This document shows positions 61,288 to 64,000 of a DNA stretch of 64,000 nt, one piece after another. Location: positions 2,790,001 to 2,854,000 of the forward strand of contig OZ218957.1 of the NCBI GenBank assembly GCA_965112735.1. Direction: 5' to 3'. The stretch comes from Phaeosaccion multiseriatum. Its lineage: Eukaryota; Protista; Ochrophyta, other classes. Numbering within the stretch: the first letter of the stretch is position 1; each line of letters opens with the position of its first letter. Below the pieces are notes generated by a model. The model was given only the letters and a program-made list of their open reading frames with translations, did no database searches and was not told the DNA's origin. A program made the translations under genes and the position numbers.

Positions 61288-61896
61288 CATGTGTGTGCGT
61301 GTGTGAGGGGAGAGGGGGGAGGGGGGGCGCACTGGATGAGATGGTGTTCATGTTCTTGCTCCCTCCTTCCCTTCTCGGTACCCTACCCTACTGCTGCTTA
61401 CCAGGCAGGACCCATCGTCGGGAATATGCGCCGCCATAGCACCGAAGCCCGTGTTGCCTGCAAAGGGGAAGCCAGACAGGCCTCCAAGGTTAAAGTTGTT
61501 GCCGTAGATCTTGACAAAGTCGTCCTCCAGCTGCCTGGCAAGCTCATCGCAGCACAGGGAGGTGGCCAGGAGCGTGTTGTTCTCGGTGTATCCCCTGTCG
61601 GCGAGGGCCTTGCACACACGGGTCTCGAGCTGCTGGTTGGAGAGCGCCTTGGGGAAGATGGAGGTCACCTTTCCGTCGTATTCCGTGGGCTTGGGGGCCG
61701 ATTTGAAGAGGTTGGCCACCACCTCCATCACTCCGCCCTTGCTAGAAGCTTCCGCACTCAATTTGGAGGAAACAGCCGCGCTGTGCACTGGGCGCGCCGA
61801 AGGAAGCACAAAGGCGGACCCCACCGACATGGTGGAGAGCAGGAGCAGCGGCAGCAGCATGCTAGCGCGCTCGGAGCGGACAGAGGTAGGGGCCAT
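60494..61896 (-). CDS. Plastid-targeted LCIB-family / theta-type carbonic anhydrase, ~320 aa; exons 61402..61896, 60823..61248, 60494..60535
   Basis: Signal peptide plus GSA|FVL; LLATSLCCDEL, FNLGGLSGFPFAGNTGFGAMAAHIPD, YGPHVG, CCGSAVAA, LLGGIQINT; the Cys/His/Cys metal ligands of the LCIB family are present. Confidence 0.92.
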
Positions 61897-62255
61897 GATT
61901 AATCTATCTCTTTTGTTTTGCGTGGTCTTTTATGTGCGGGGTGTTATGATACAAATCGATTGCATGCCCCATCTCGCTCGTATATGTTTGCAACGCACTG
62001 GCGCAAGGAGTCCGAAATTCCTTTTCGTCCTTTAAGACTGATGTCAGGACCCTCAGAGCATGCAAGCTGGGGCCATAGGGCCCTGGCGGCCCTTTGTGCT
62101 GCCCATCGCCCCCCGCCGGCCCCTCAGCCCTGCCTGCCCCCATAGACCATACTGTAGCCGGGGCCTCTGGGCGTTTCATGCCCATATACCTTTTTCAGAT
62201 AAGGATTACATGTGAGCCACTAGCGCCTCGAGGCACGCGCAAGCCGTGAATGCGT

Positions 62256-62259
<4 letters not shown>

Positions 62260-62336
<77 letters not shown>

Positions 62337-62366
62337 GTGTGTGTGTGCGTGTGTGTTGTGTGTGTG
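62260..62366. repeat. (TG)n microsatellite immediately before dispersed element copy B
   Basis: Seen directly. Confidence 0.95.
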
Positions 62367-62397
62367 TTGTTTATTATCATCCAGCGCTTATCTTTAG

Positions 62398-62609
62398 GCA
62401 AGGCCAATGCCCATTCTCCTTGCCTAGCGTACCCTCATCGACCCCTTGCTCCCCCCCTCATTTTTCCTGTCCCTCCCTCTCCAGGTGTGGCCCCCTTGGG
62501 GATGAATGGAGCGCACCAGGAGAGGGGCACTGTACTGGCCCCTGCAACGGCGACAACGCCGCCACGCGTGCTGCGACTGCCCCTGCAAGAGGGGAAAGCG
62601 TCGTTCGCC
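62398..62609 (+). repeat. Dispersed ~205-bp element, copy B
   Basis: Matches the reverse complement of 43771..43977, with a 6-nt indel. Confidence 0.9.
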
Positions 62610-63257
62610 TCCACTTGCCAGCAGCCCCGCCTACCCAGCCAGGAGGAGGCCTGCTATTGCTGCCTCCTCTCCCCTACCTCCACCCATGGAGTTCCCCATC
62701 ACTCACCATGGCCCCCTCGGGGTCTGGGCTCAGAGAAGGCAGCAGCCAAGGTTCGCAGCGCCGCCCTCAGCCACCAGCACACGTCCCGCGAGAAACCCTC
62801 GCTCGTCCCTCGACCCGTCCCAATCTGAGAATCTCGAGCTTTTCTTTGCCTCCCCTGGAGAGGGGCACCACTGTGACACGTTCGCATTCCCATGGATTGC
62901 AACATGGGAGTAGCAGCATGTGTTCCCACAGCAGCAGCAGCACAGGGACCGCGGCTTGTGAGGGGATTTGTGGCTGGTGGCGCTGCTGGCTGGTGGTGCT
63001 CTTGCTGCACACCTTGTTGCCGCCCATTGTGGTCGTTCTTGGGAGGCAGTCAGGCGCAGCAGGGCCCAAGCCCAAGCACTGGTACTCTCCGTTAAGGTTA
63101 CCGCGTCGGCATGTCGTGCTGTTCGGGGGTATTCTTCGCTTGCTTGATCGGGCTCAGCAGGATCCTCCCGACGTCGTCCCGACTAGCTGTGAGCTGATGA
63201 CACGCTGAGTTGTTGTTCGGGCTTTTGTTTGGCCTCGTCAGCTCTAAGCGTTCCCTT

Positions 63258-63701
63258 CTATGCGTGTATGGCGGCAATGTCCAGCTTGTCTTCCAGCCAT
63301 GTGTGGCTGCGGCAGGGGCCCAACGTGGCCGACGGATGGGCCGAGGCGGGTGGGCGAGTTGGGATGGTTTGTTATGTGGAAGCGAAGGGAGGGAAACCCC
63401 AACGGGGGGGGGGAGAAACGGCGAGGGCAGAGCGCATTAGGGAGGGCGAGAAGCGTATATAGACATAGTTCAACCAACACTAACACTTCCCCCCCCCCCC
63501 CGGCCTTATGCGGTGGGAGAACTGTTCAGTTGCGTGCTTCGTCAAGCAATGGGTGAGCAGAGCAAGCAGCAGAGCATTGATCGCGAGTGCGTGCGCTCAC
63601 CGTGCCAATGCGATGAGGTTGATAGATAGAGCATCCTTGCAGAACTCATGACTGGAGAGGAGCGCCAGCGTGTCTTCCAGGCTCAGCTGGTTGTGCTCAT
63701 A
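63258..63701 (-). CDS. Probable last exons (63601..63701, 63258..63306) of an unknown gene entering from beyond the window end
   Basis: cag|YEHNQLSLEDTLALLSSHEFCKDALSINLIALAR|gtgagc joins in phase 2 to cag|..HTWLEDKLDIAAIHA*; no family recognised. Confidence 0.35.
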
Positions 63702-64000
63702 CTGCCGCAGCGCGGGGCAGGGGCAGGGGAAGGGAAGGAGGAGAGGGTGGAGAAACAGGAGGAGGAGAAGAAAAGGAAGAGAGCCATCCATAAGGAGGAG
63801 CAGAGAGCAGAGCAGAGTAGAGCCAGCGCCATGGAAGCATTTTCGGCAGTTTCAGAGGTGGTATGCGTAGGTCTGGGGGAAAGAAAGATGCAAACTCACT
63901 TACAGAGCCGCACACACACACACATACACACACACAATGCACAGAATGGCAGAGACGTTACACACACACAAACCGATGGAAAGGGAGAGAGAGGCAGAGA

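Noticed and set aside
1-64000. tRNA, rRNA, snRNA or intact transposon
   Set aside because: None recognised by eye; tRNAscan-SE, Infernal and RepeatMasker would be needed to exclude them.

Overview
Gene-dense, intron-rich eukaryotic nuclear DNA with GT-AG introns full of CT/CA microsatellites. Three genes carry signal peptide + 'AF' bipartite presequences, which points to an alga with a complex red plastid, probably an ochrophyte (inference). Housekeeping genes: a partial CDK7-like kinase, TOP2, PPCDC, NDUFS4, a SAM methyltransferase, a TM-RING-H2 protein, short-chain acyl-CoA dehydrogenase and BUD31. There is also a cluster of three intronless ankyrin-like genes (one broken) and a 1.5-kb G-rich minisatellite. 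The main discovery candidate is that ORFs 41646..43322 and 30157..41175 (both minus) appear to be one gene, joined in phase 0 across a 674-nt GT-AG intron (41008..41681), giving a ~4160-aa protein. Its order is: plastid presequence, possible thylakoid-transfer peptide, iota-carbonic-anhydrase (COG4875/SnoaL-like, HHSS) domain, helical linker, short hydrophobic segment, then a ~3600-aa disordered S/G/P/A tail with ~50 [YF]GFGAYR stickers spaced ~55-60 aa apart and ending at the C-terminus. This resembles a pyrenoid scaffold or Rubisco linker fused to a CA. A plastid-targeted LCIB/theta-CA gene lies ~17 kb away, and both CA genes have a copy of the same ~205-bp element ~0.5 kb upstream. A plastid-targeted carotenoid-oxygenase homolog lacks 3 of its 4 iron-binding His. 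All gene models were built by eye and no database searches were run.
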